DNA of 57,859 nt, counting the filler, from Jimgerdemannia flammicorona (lineage: Eukaryota), in NCBI GenBank assembly GCA_003990765.1. It is 3 parts of 3 records of this genome, joined end to end, with 100 filler letters (N's around TTAATTAATTAA, not from the genome) between each part and the next. Parts side by side here need not be neighbours in the genome. Positions count along the whole stretch, not along the records: positions 1 to 19,222 come from RBNJ01001996.1; positions 19,323 to 38,543 come from RBNJ01001997.1; 1 more part is not named here. The stretch is one strand, 5' to 3'. The notes beneath the pieces were generated by a model, which was given only the letters and a program-made list of their open reading frames with translations, was not told the origin of the DNA and did no database searches. The position numbers and the translations under genes were made by a program. Positions within the stretch are counted from its first letter, which is position 1, and every line of letters starts with the position of its first letter. Shown here one piece after another: positions 12,311-24,059 of this stretch.

Positions 12311-13791
12311 TGTAACATGCTGGCTCAATGGAGGCAAATTACAAGGTTGGGGGTTGATGGAGTTTGGCTTGAGCCCCCAGTTACTTTGTCAAAAGCAACA
12401 AAATGTTCTTGGTATTTAGTGGTATAATAGTCAAAGCAGGATATCTACGAGTAATTTCCTTATTCAGACTGTTCTCTAGGTGCAGCGGCAATTTGTGTGT
12501 GAATGGACTTCCTTCTTGGGTCAACTGGGAATGCCACAATAATTTGTATAGCGCGACGATCTCCAAAAGTATGCAATTTCTGGGTGTGATGGTCTGGCAA
12601 TTTAGCAGTTCTCCTTCTTGGGTGATGGTCTCTGATTTCTGCATGATGATCTCTTATGCAGCACAGTGGGTTCCTTATGCAGGGCATTCTGATAATTTGG
12701 CGGATAACTCGATTTGGCTCACTGGGAATTGTACAGCACAGATTCTTCCTAAAATGGCAGAGTTCTTAGGGAATGTGGATAACTCGGTGGCTTTAACTGG
12801 GAATTATCTCAGGTGGCAGATAACTTGATAACTCGGGCTCACTGGGAATGATGAATAACTTGGATGTCACAGATTCTTCTAAATCAGCAGCTTCAACTGG
12901 GAATATGGCAGATAGCTTAGAAATAGTGGGTGATGTGGATTCTTCCTGAATTGGTGGGCTCTTAACTGGGAAATGGGATGGTGCAGATTTTTCCTGAATT
13001 GGTGGGCTTCTACTGGGAATATGAACAACTGGCAACATTCTTTGGGAAAGGGTCTCTTGGCAAAGTTACATCAAAGACTGGCTTCATTTGTGCAACAAAT
13101 CACTGTGAAGTTGCATCAGAAACTGGCTTGAGCAAGGCGGCTTTCTTGGGAAGGTGGAGGATAGGGTTCTTCAGGCTTATCTGGCAAGCATACCAATAGC
13201 GTGGCTTATTCCTTTAAGCAGTGGGTTCTTCAAGAGGTGGCGAAGTTCTCCTTGAACTTAGGCAGCAAATCTTCAGGCTTATCTGGCAAGTGAACCAATA
13301 GTTTCAAAGGTAGCAAAGTTCTTCCTTGAACTTAGGTGGCAAAATCAGCTTTGTATTGGAAAGTGGACCAGAGTGGGAATAAGGGGACCAATTGCTCAAT
13401 CTTTAGAGGCTTCTTTGGTTTGCACTTCAATTTGGACTGAGGTTTTATTCACTCTCGCCTCTGGGGTAATTTATACAAGTTGGTTGCTATCTGGTTGCTA
13501 TGTGGCTAACTATAGACTTGCTATCTTCGGTAATGTTTGGGTGTGTCCTCTGGGTACAGGTGTGTCCACAGGACATGTGTGTGTCCGCCGGACATGAGTG
13601 TGTCCACAGGACATGAGTGTGTCCGCAGGACACAGGTAAACAATCCTGATCTGGTGTCTTGGCTAATTATAAGTGTGGCGGGCATAAGTAACTATGATAT
13701 ACTGGAAGTCACATCATGTTGAGTAAATATGCTAATTGTTCATATCATCTGGCTAAGTTATAATTCAGGTGCTACGTTTTGGTCCATCACA
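12311..13791 (-). repeat. 5' LTR of Gypsy family 1 (1481 bp)
   Basis: Direct repeat of 3231-4730. Confidence 0.97.
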
Positions 13792-13795
13792 CTAC

Positions 13796-14889
13796 TTATA
13801 CTTTCCTCAACTCCTCTAATACCTCTTTAAGGACTACTATGCCCAATACTATCCCACCCATCTCAGATAGTACTTCTACCTGCCAATTGTTCATTAAATT
13901 GTCATTATCCTCCTGCAATATCTCACTCTCCACAGGCCCCCCTTCATCCTGCCAGAGAGCCTGCTATTGTCCTGAAATCTCACCCAGTATTTCCACAATC
14001 TCAGTGATCTTAGTACCATCCTCTTGCATCACTAAGGCCCAGCTATGTTGTACTCTTCTGGTCTTCATAATACCTGACAAATATTTTGTAGATTGCTCTC
14101 TTTCTTCCAACTGCCTAGCCTATAGCCTTGCCAGCAGGCCATCTATCACTCTATCCTCAGCTATCTTTAAATCTAGCTACAACTTGGCCACCTCTGCTAC
14201 CAATTGGGAGTATATCTCTCCTGACAAGTTTCACCCTTCCATCAATCTCAATCACTATTGCAGTCCTTATTTAACTCTCCTCTTCTTATCCTTCTGCTTC
14301 TTTCCTGCTACCTCTCTCACATCATACTAATAGATATCTGCTAAGTATTTAAATTTACCCCACTACTGCTTGATTGGCTATTCTTCATTCTTCCACTATA
14401 TCACCTCCTATCTTGCAATTGTAACAAATTGTTTCTGCTCTGCCTGCCTTCTGAGAAGAGCTATATTGAGCTACCAGTATCTCCTATCTCCACTGATAGC
14501 CTGAAATCTACCACACACCTCTACTTCTTAGTGATCTGACCAAGGATACCACTACACCTCAGTAATGTTCAGTATATTACTCCAGTATTCTGCCACCAGA
14601 ACCCAGTCAATTCTTGTTCTCACCAGACCCTCATCAACCAGATGCCACTAAGTAAAGGGCTCTGGCATTCCTCCCTAATACTGCTGGATACTATCAACTA
14701 ATCCTATATATCTCTCAATCTAAAGCTATTGTGAAAGCTCAGCAGAGACTACTATACCAATCCCCCAATCAGACTTGTCCAATGTCCTATCTCATATCAT
14801 ATTAAAGTCTCTCTCTAGAATATTCAGCCCAACCTTCTTCCAGTTCTCCCAAGCCAGCCAGCTCTCCACCCATTGCTTTCACTCTCTAC
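13796..14889 (-). mobile_element. LINE copy C, endonuclease/linker portion (continues 2489-3230)
   Basis: Decayed ORF2 similar to 26440-27540 (e.g. PFT*WHLVDEGLVRTRIDWVL and SDH motifs). Confidence 0.8.
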
Positions 14890-15092
14890 TAGTACTCCGA
14901 ACGAATGGAGTTGATCTGGATGAGATTCGATTCAGATTCGTCATGTAATGGATTTGAATCAACTCAGATTGGTCTCATGATCTAATCCAGATTGATCTGG
15001 ATTGATCCAGATTGATCCAGATTGATCCATCCAGATGATCCATCCAGATGATCCATCCGGATTGACCCATCTGGATTGATCCATTCAGATTG
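14890..15092. repeat. Putative hAT terminus (TAGTACTCCGAACG) followed by short subterminal GATCCA/CCAGAT repeats
   Basis: Abrupt junction with LINE C. A 13/14 match (TAGTGCTCCGAACG) occurs at 35925-35938. Tandem 10-14 bp repeats span 14980-15092. Confidence 0.5.
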
Positions 15093-15944
15093 AAATCTTT
15101 GGTGATGTCACCCTTTCTTTTGTTCATTTCGCTCTTGTTTTTTTTTTTCTGCCACACTTTGGTGACATCACCCTTTCCTTTGTTCTCTTTCTTTTCTTTG
15201 TTCTTTTTCTTTGTTCTTTCCTGCCGCATCATGAGCAAACAAAACAACAGCCCTTAATTCGTACGTTGGTCCAGTCTACTCATTTTTCACCCTGCAATGA
15301 TTGTCAAAAGAGGGAGTATTCAAGGTGGAAATACACTCTCTGCTGACAATGTTGGATTCATTCTCATATAGACAGCACACAAGCTGCTCATCGAGAGCCA
15401 AAGGGGTGATGGTGGTAGCAGTGGTGATGGCGATGGCAGGGATGAGAGAGAATTCCGGCAACAACTCATGGTGGCCCTTTGGACCTCAGAATTCACAGAC
15501 CTCACAGCTATGTATACGGCAGCCTTTTTGGAGCAGCCGATAGTAGATGTAGGTTGCTCACTCAGCCGCCACTTGTTTACTTGTATTTATTTAAACTTCC
15601 CCAGCATGACCCAATTTACCTCATGCTTTTCTTAGGGTCCACAGCTCTATGGCGAGATCTGCCAACTTTATTTGCAACATCTGGTCAAGATGAAGAAAGG
15701 CTGGCAGACATTGCGGGGCATGCCTTTGGTGACTGAGCTGTTGAGTCAATACATCGTGTGGCAGAGGTCTCAAAAGGAACAGAAGTAAGCCTTCATGAGT
15801 AATTCTTGTGCAACTCATGCAACTTATCGGCGTGCAACTCATCAGCATGCAGCTCACTCACTCACTCACGCTCTTTTTCTGAAATACCCATCTCTGTGTT
15901 TTATTTAATTTCATTTTTATGTGGTCTCCCCCTAAAAAACACCC

Positions 15945-16110
15945 ACACCTGCATGCAACTCGCATGCAACCTGTCTGCATGCAACCCGCTTGCCCGCACA
16001 CAACCCGCCCACACGCAACCTGCCCGCAACCCGCCTGCATGCAACCCGCCCACACGCAACCCACCTGCAATCCGCTTACATGCAACCTGCCCATATACAA
16101 CCTGTCCGCA
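15945..16110. repeat. Minisatellite of ~15-bp GCAACCCGCC(CACAC/TGCAT) units
   Basis: About ten visible degenerate tandem units. Confidence 0.85.
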
Positions 16111-16223
16111 TACTTATCTTGGTCCCTCAGATCAGGGCTCAGTTCCATTGGAAAGGAGAGTTCAAAGTTACCTGAGTTCAACCACGTCTGGTATCTGATC
16201 AAATAGAGAAATTCGAGGGCAAG

Positions 16224-17353
16224 ATGTTCAGCATGAGCAGTACCAGCATCATCATCAAGGCTTGGGGGTCTACATTCAAATCAGAGCCAATCATACTCGA
16301 CCAAGGGGTCCATTGGCCAGCAGGAGTAACCAACGACGAAGAGAACCATATCTTTATTAATGAATGTAGAGAGGTGGTTGTGATGGTGGTAAGGAATCTC
16401 TACGGTGACGAGCTTCGCCACCACATCAATGAGATTTGCGAGGATTGCGTCAAATATCAGGTGGCAGAGAAGAGGGGGCGAAAAAAGCAAGGAGGGGGGG
16501 TTTGGATAGGAATTGGGTATACTGCAACACTGGCAAAGGGTGGGTTCCGAAATCCCCTACACTCATCTCCCTTTTTTTTTTAACCCCTCCATAGATAAAT
16601 CACACTCTTCGCCAACATACTCTTTTTGATACAATTCCAGGGATGCACAAGATTCTGTACCCCTACTAGAACTTTAGAAGTGCTGTCAAAGAGCAAACTG
16701 CATGCGAGCATGACATGACCTGTGCGGCAATGGTGGCTATGATCTGGGGTTCTTTGAGCAGATTGGTAGAGTGTATGGCAGGCCAGCTTGGTGGTGATCT
16801 CGGCACAGCTGTACGTATATTCTTGGTGCAATTTAGTATGCCATATGAGATGAGGAGCTCCGCTTTTTTGGGGTGCTGCAGCCCGGGGGGTTTCTGCGGC
16901 CCGGGGGGTTTCTGTCCCCCAAACGCAAAAAGGACTGACTGGTTGCCATCCATTTTGGCAGGTTTCCAAGCCGGGGCTCCCAGAGCTGAACCAAGAGCAG
17001 GCATCCACTAGCACAGCCTGGCAGTATGAGGTCCTGAGCCAAGGGTTCACCCAACTATATGCTCACGTCACATCAGGATATATCAGGCACAACTTTCTCT
17101 GCTCACACACACAGACAACAACATCACCCCGGTAATGTTTTACATCCTGGGAAAGAAGGGCCCAACCTGGGAGGATAGTGGCAGAGTCTGGTATGACCTC
17201 ACCTATGGTTTCAGGGTCCTGTTTGCAGCCAACACAGCCATCCTATTCCAACCACACGACCACCACAGCACTATCACCTTCGAGGAGAGCTCAGACACAA
17301 CAGTCGTCACACTCATAATAGATGACAGGCTCATCAAGGCCTGGGACCAGTAG
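16224..17353 (+). pseudogene. Putative Tet/JBP-like 2OG-Fe(II) dioxygenase, intron-containing and frameshifted
   Basis: Ordered motifs REVVVMVVRNLY, IGIGYTA, AAMVAMIW, NYMLTSHQD (HxD at 17071-17079) and YGFRVLFAANTAILFQPHDHHST (distal His). GT-AG intron candidates at ~16540-16594 and 16811-16961. Confidence 0.55.
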
Positions 17354-17654
17354 GTGGAGCAGTTTTTATGAGAGTTAGGCAATCTTTCATGAGAGTTAGG
17401 CAGCCATTTTGTGCGGGTTGGGCAGTCTTATATGAGGGGGTTGGGCCGGGCACCTCTTATGAAGCACTAGCTTAGCCGTTATGCAGGGCCCTACCGGCCC
17501 CTTGGCCCTGCTCTGTAGTGCCGCCGGTGTGGCACTGCGGCGCAGGGCCAGGGTGCCCGTGGGACTCGAACCGGTGACTTCGACCACCGGAAACACCCTC
17601 CGACCACCAGAAGCACCCTCTGACTGCCAGAAGCACCCTCCGCCCTGAACTCCT

Positions 17655-18020
17655 TAGCAGCTTGGGGCTGCCCCTATGCTGCTGGCAAAGGGCCACAAAT
17701 TTTGCATGCTCCCTCTGCCTGCCCTGCCTGCCAACCGACCCCGCCCACTGACCTGGGTACTGACAGCTTGGGGCTGCCCCTCGCTGCTGGCAGAGGGCCA
17801 TAAATTTTGCATGCTCCCTCTGCCTCCCCCCCTGACCTGGACACTTGCGGCTTGGGACTGCCCCTTGCTGCTGGTGGAGGACTGCAAATTTTGCATGCTC
17901 CCTCTGCCAACCTGCCCACTGACCCACCCACCAACCCAGACACTGGCAGCTTGGGGCTGCCCCTTGCTGCTGGCTGAGGGCCACAAATATTATGTGCTCC
18001 CTCCACCACCACCACTGCCA
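17655..18020. repeat. Tandem ~85-110 bp GC-rich repeats (4 units)
   Basis: Repeated GCTTGGGGCTGCCCCT..GCTGCTGG..GGGCCACAAATTTTGCATGCTCCCTCTGCC. Confidence 0.85.
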
Positions 18021-18141
18021 ACCCTGCCCCACTTTGGCCGCAAACTCTGGACTGAGTCCTCAGGTTTTTTTTCCTTTTTATTAATTTGAAAGGTATTAAA
18101 TATTCCACAAGGCCAACCAACTTATCCATGGACCCGCTGAA

Positions 18142-19222
18142 TTAGCAGTCCGAGCCCCACCAAGACTTCAGACACATATATGCCCGGATTGTCTCAGCAT
18201 TCAGCACACACCTCTTTGGGGCAATGAGGTCTACCCCACCTGAGAACACCTGCTCAATGGGAGCACTGGAGGCAGGAATCGCCAGGTAGTCCTGAGCCAT
18301 ACCACACAGGCTGGGGAAGTCCATTTGATGCAGCTGCATGTCCCAGTGGGTAGAGCGGTGGTTAGATTGGTGGGTTAAATTGGCCCAATGCCCACCTGAC
18401 AACCCACCTTCCACCAGTTGAGCACCTCTGTGCCCTCCAGCAGGACCACGTAGTCACTGGCAAGGTAAATGGTAAGTTTGTCTATTGACAGCAGCTCTTT
18501 CACTGATGGCTCCCTCTTCCTCTTTCTACCAAAGTAAATGCGGGACAGGAGGGATCTCTTGGCATATTCATCCGAACTTTGGCCAGAACCTTGCAGCGGT
18601 GCATAGTTTTTCCAGTACACTTCAATTATGGCCTGCTTGGTTCTCTCAATGAAGTGATGCTCCCAGCCCTGATCTTTATGGTATTGTAGCTTTAAGCATG
18701 GGTCCAGCACTGTTTGAAGAAAAGGAGAGTGAGTTTTTGTGGGGTTTCCTCTTGTTTTGGAACAGGCAACAGCCACATACCAACATTGACATACCTGTAC
18801 TGATTGAGTATATGGCAGTATCTGTTTGGGAGTAGTATTTTCTAAGCTTGCTTAGAGCAACCTCCATGGTATCTCTCTGATCTGGGCTTAACCATAAATC
18901 ACTGCAACCCTCCAGCCTATCCTCAAGCTTGTCCTCTAGCCAGTCAATCAGAAAGTTGTATACTGGTATCGCAGAGCTTATTGTTGGGGTCGTTTGTTTG
19001 ACTATATCCTTCATACAATCATCGAAACACTGGCAGTTATATGTGGTGAGGTATTGCACTGTGTGGAGGCAGACAAAATGAGTGTGGAGCCAGGGCAACC
19101 ACCACTTACTTCCAAACCTCTGACAACATTCCTAAGTACATCCCACTTACTTTCACCTAGAGCCTCGGCCCATATTTCCTTGTCGGCAGCCATCGTTGAA
19201 TCTATTGGCTTTTTTTTTTTTT
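18142..19222 (-). mobile_element. 3' part of an intron-containing hAT transposase gene, running off the contig
   Basis: PTISSAIPVY, KLRKYY, VLDPCLK, VLNWWK and the hAT dimerisation motif FPSLCGMAQDYLAIPASSAPIEQVFSGG...LNAETI..MCLKSW. Three GT-AG introns join the frames. Confidence 0.93.
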
Positions 19223-19322
19223 NNNNNNNNNNNNNNNNNNNNNNNNNNNNNNNNNNNNNNNNNNNNTTAATTAATTAANNNNNNNNNNNNNNNNNNNNNN
19301 NNNNNNNNNNNNNNNNNNNNNN
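19223..19322. other. Artificial contig spacer
   Basis: N44 + TTAATTAATTAA (stops in six frames) + N44. Confidence 0.99.
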
Positions 19323-20466
19323 TTTTTTTAATGGACTCATGTCCCATAGATTTTTATTGGAAGGGAACCTAGACTATATAGGCCAAAACCCTCCCCCACC
19401 ACCCACCAAGCACTGCCCCCCCATTAACCTAGGCTAGCTATTGTTCAGCAGCTTGACCATACCAGACACAGCAGGGCCTATGTTGGCCCACACCTCATTC
19501 TGTGTACCATGCTCTCCCTACTATCAGGGGAAACCCAACCATATACCAACGACCAAAAGCACATGCCTGAGAACCTAATATATGTATAAGGCCATGCCCT
19601 AGCCGAATAGAATAGCCCCTACCACTCCAAAGAGAATGACAGGCAAAGAAAAACCCTCATCAAAGCACAACATGGTGGGTAGGGCCTGGTTCTCCCAGTC
19701 AAGGTAAGTAAAGAACTTACACATGAGGTGGGAGGAGACCCCCAATACTCCACTACTCAAGCCTGTGGGCCTTGATCACATTGCTATGTCAGCTCCAAGT
19801 TCCAGTTGAGTGTAGTCAAGATGCCTGAAATAGGTAGTCTTGGGTCCCCTGACCCCCCCTGATGACTGGGGCCTAACCCACCAACCCACCAAAAGAAGCT
19901 GAGAGTGATATCTACCACCTAACCATGCCACACCAATCAAAAGGCTCCACCAAAGCAGCACCTGCCCCAGCCCCAACAACTGCCCCCAGCCTGGCACCCT
20001 ATTGGTTCACTGTTATCACCCTTCCTCCTATCTGTGATAGCCATCTCTCCTCCCATCCCGACAACACCTGAAAAGCAGTCACTTATGCCAGAACCACACT
20101 CGCCAGAAAGCTCACCAAAGCCAGAGGGCCCCACTACAGGTACTGAGGACCTACAGGTAGCCTACACTGAGCACTTGACACCCAAGGTTAGCCGACTCTC
20201 TATATAGCCTGAGACACACCAAGACACTACCTCATTGGGATAGCAAAAGGAAGAAGGCACTACACCAAAACAGATGCACTCCAGATGCAGCTGAAGGCAC
20301 CAGAAACTGCAAAAAAGTGGAGAAGACACTGATCTGACACCAATAAAGGGACAACTCATCACCATTGCCCTCCTCCCACCATACCCATGCAGGCACAGCA
20401 AACCAACCTGAGGTAGAGGGGGTAATAATAGGGAAAAGGGGACTTGGAAGATTACCTACCAAACCT
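19323..20466 (-). mobile_element. Probable decayed 3' end of a LINE
   Basis: The minus strand ends with a G-rich tract, AATAAA and an A-tail at the contig edge, like 29740-29861. CpG-poor; no clear protein motif. Confidence 0.4.
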
Positions 20467-20500
20467 TGTGACCAGTAAGATAGTGGAGAAAGGGGTCAAT

Positions 20501-21421
20501 GAGATGAGGTCCATGAATGTTTCATCCATTTTATGTACTTCATCATATGTTTTGCATATGTTATGTGGGATGATGTCATTGCTAATGATGTTATTACATT
20601 TAGCAGTAGAGAGAGCAAGGAGATCAGGGGCTCTCCAGTCTATGAGGTTCTCTTCTACAAAATAAGAGACAAATGTGGAGTCTTGGAGAGGTCTAACCTA
20701 GATACTTGGGCCTTGAAATACTGAGATCAATCCTTATAGAAATTGATCTGGGTTGTTCTGGAGGATGGAATACCAGAACTCTTCTACCTCATCACTATTG
20801 AGAGTGATAGTGAACTGGACTTCTGTAGCCACCATGGCTTCTAGTATATTGATATGGCAGACTGACAGATCTCTGAAGTCTGAGACTCTGGTATACTCTA
20901 AGTTGGAGATCAACCATGGTGTATGCCTGAAGATCTGATGAATCTTCTTAGCTGTCCTTATTTTACATATATCCATAGGAGTGGTATCTTGTAGCTCTTG
21001 AGAGCTGGCTTGAGAGAATTCCTGGTATAGGAGGTTTCCTATTTCATATTCTTACTTTATCTGGAGGCATTCAGTAGCAATAGTGATTCTTGTTTCCATC
21101 TTACAGTAGTAGAGAATATAATGATAAGAGTTACTAGTACCCAGGTTGACATTAGAAGTCCTTGTGGTTTGGGTCTTTATGGCACTTCAGATATCTTAGA
21201 ACATCCTTTTCTGGACTGAGGGGCCTTGGTAGTCTCTTGACCTTGAGGTTTGGCAAGCAGCAGACATTTTGTTTGTAATAAGTCTTTGAGAATTAGTCAT
21301 CATGGCTCATCTTGTAGCCTGGGTGAGTCATGCTATATGATCTTCTTATACTTCAATCTGGTGGCTTGTAAGAAAAGACTATCTCCTGTACTGATGTCAT
21401 TATTCTGAGATCACTATTATA
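20501..21421 (-). repeat. 3' LTR of family 2, truncated
   Basis: Matches only 33361-34281 of the 5' LTR; the terminal TG is mutated to TA. Confidence 0.85.
20734..21303 (-). pseudogene. LTR-encoded accessory ORF (3' LTR copy)
   Basis: 190-codon single frame ...YEIGNLL...RTAKKIHQIFRHTPWLISNL..., with stops consistent with C>T. Confidence 0.55.
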
Positions 21422-21759
21422 TCTTCCTCCTAAATAAGGATCTTGTTGAATGTCCTTATTCATTAGTCTAGTCTTGAAAATTTTGCTGATCCCATAACCT
21501 CTGGCAGAAGGTTGAAAAGTGGTGTTTATGGGCTGGTATCTTCTCTATATATTTTGGCATAATGGTGAAGGATTGCTCTCTTCATATAAAGTAAGGTCCT
21601 GATTCTGATCTTAATCAATCAGTTGATGGTTCAAACTCCTCTAGCTTCAAAAGTCTCATAGATGAGTAGTTGCTAGTATTATATCCCTTAGAGAATGGTC
21701 CAGACAGATTGTCTGCTGGTCATGGAATATGCTGTTATGATTCATAGACTAGAACCTCA

Positions 21760-23968
21760 TGGGTGGTCATTATGTTTTGCTTCTCTTATATAGATTTATA
21801 GTCTATTTCTATGTACTATGGTGGGCAGTATAGTCTCTGAGAGTTTTCTAAGCCAGAAGATAGTTTTCTTGATATCTTGCATATAGAAGGGTCTTTTCTA
21901 TTTATACTTCAGTTTTCATAACTATGAGACTTCTATTTTATTTCAATACAGTAGGATCTTTTCTCTGATTTGGATGGGTTCTAGGGTTTTGTAATTCTTC
22001 TCTATATTCTTCCTTGTCAGTACTTGTAACTTGATGATATAATCTTTAGCCTTCTTTCTGATTTGGTATAGTCTCTGGATTTCTGAGTCAATCTGTCTCT
22101 ATATTAGGTCTAGATTTGTAGCTGAGGTTCTATTGGAATCTTCTTCTCTAAAGAGCAGTTCTTTTGGGGTAAAATATATACTCTGTGATCATATGTCTCA
22201 TAAGATAGAGAGGGCAGTTGAGAGATAGTTATCCCAATTGTCATATGTATCTGAGATCTTCACCAGGATGTTCTTGAGGGTCTTATTGATTCTCTCTGTC
22301 TGTCCATTCTCTTAAGAGTGATATACAGTGGTCTTAATATGCTGAATCTTATATTTCTGATATACATATATATTAACTCATGGAATTTATTAACAAATTC
22401 AGTACCATGGTCTGTGGTGATTTGCTTTGGTATCTTGTAGTGACAGATGATTTCTTGGTACAGAAAGTCAGCTATAGAGAGAGCATTGGCTTCTTATAAT
22501 GCTCCTGCTTCTACCCATTTGGTAAAGAGGTCTACAATAACTATAATGTAGTAGTTTCCTGATAGTGTTACTGGTAGCAGCCCAATGATATTCATTATAA
22601 TGTGTAAAAGAGGATAGGCTCAATTCTTGATGATCTGGGTATCTGATATTACTGATTTTATTTCTGTTTTTGATACTTGTCATACTCTTTGACAAATTGG
22701 TATAGGTCTTCTTCCATCTTAGGCCATCATATAGTTCTTCTTTCCTTGTCATATATATTAATTCCACTTAGGTGTCCTTGTTTATGTACTTCCTTCATTA
22801 CTTGATACTTCTTGTGTTCAGATATTATGAGCTTTTCTCCTTTTCTGAGTATAGTATTGTCTAGTTTAAATTATTTCTAAGTCTGATTGATAATAGTGAT
22901 AGTCCAGGGTTTGAGATGGTTGGGCATCTTCTACTGCCCAAGATAGCTAATTAATCTATAGTATAGCTCCTTATTCATGTTGAATAGTCTTGATAGGAGT
23001 GTTTTGGAGTATCCTTGAGAGTATATCAGCATTGGCATTAGTTCTTCCTGAGCAATATTTGACAGTACAGTCATACTCTTGCAGTCTGTAAATCCATCTG
23101 GCATATATTCCTTTAGAGTTCAGAGTATAGAATAGTTAGGCAAGAGTGGAATGATCTGTTTAAATAGTGAAGTATTTCCTGGCTAGATAGTAGTAGAACT
23201 TGTCTACTGCCCAAACTACTGCTAAGTATTCGAGCTTGCATGACTTATAGTTCTGTTCTACTCTGTAGATACCTTGGCTTGCATAAGAGATGACATATTT
23301 ATATCTATCTTTCTTCTGAGCTAGGACTGCTCCAAGTCCTATAGCACTTGTGTCTGTTTGCAGGATGAACTCTAGGTTCCAAATTGGTCTTCTGAGGATG
23401 AGTGCTTAGATCAACCTGGTCTTGAGTTCATTGAAGGTTTCTTGTCATTCCTTAGTCTATTCAAATTTGGTCTCCTTCTTCAGTAGCTTGTAGATGGGTG
23501 CTACAATATTAGAGTATTCTTTGATGAATCTTCTATAGTAAGAGGCCAGTCCAAGAAAGGCATGGACTTCTGTAGTTATCCTGGATCTTGAGTAGGCTGC
23601 AACAGCCTCAATCTTCATAGAATCTATATGAATGTCAGTCTGATTGATGATGTGTCCTAGGTAGGTGATTTCTCAGGCTACAAACTTACACTTTTTGGAC
23701 TTGATATAGAGGCTATATTCCTTGAGCTTCTTGAGAGCTAGCAGTATGTAGTTGATATATTCCTATGTAGTATTGCTGAAGATGATCACATCATCAATAT
23801 AGACAAAGAGCCATTTTCCAATCTCATTGCTGAAGACTCTATTCATCATTTGCTGAAAACTTGCTAGAGTATTACATATTCCAAATAGTATTTGCAGATA
23901 GACATAGGTGGCATCAGGTGTGATGAAGGCTGATTTCTCACTGGTATCTTGAGTGAGACCAATCTGAT
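21760..23968 (-). pseudogene. RT (3' half), RNase H and integrase of family 2
   Basis: YIDDVII, FLGLASYYRRFI, QTDTSAIGLGAVL, VDLFTKWVEA, ITTDHGTEF and ERINKTLK motifs. Confidence 0.92.
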
Positions 23969-24059
23969 TATTAATAACACCTTTCTCAGTTATCACTCAC
24001 GTTACACACACTTTTACAACATACTTTTGAAGCATTTATTGAAGAAAGGTACTAAAGTC

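Larger units (their letters stand above)
3231..13791 (-). mobile_element. Complete Ty3/Gypsy LTR retrotransposon (family 1) inserted in LINE C
   Basis: Two TG...CA LTRs and a 4-bp TSD CTAC (3227-3230, 13792-13795). Domain order gag-PR-dUTPase-RT-RH-IN; PBS and PPT present; many in-frame stops. Confidence 0.97.

Noticed and set aside
486..14330. Numerous plus-strand ORFs in the ORF track
   Set aside because: Antisense shadows of minus-strand retroelement genes, or low-complexity frames.
15806..18129. Cys/Gln/Gly-rich repeat ORFs at 15806-16206 and 17472-18129
   Set aside because: Open in several frames on both strands because of minisatellites; no coding evidence.
19223..19322. TTAATTAATTAA motif and any linkage across contigs
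   Set aside because: Artificial spacer (also 38544-38643). Adjacency of nuclear and mitochondrial parts is not biological, so there is no evidence of a NUMT junction.
20467..20500. TGTGACC as the true end of the family-2 3' LTR
   Set aside because: These 34 bp do not match the end of the 5' LTR and no TSD was found.
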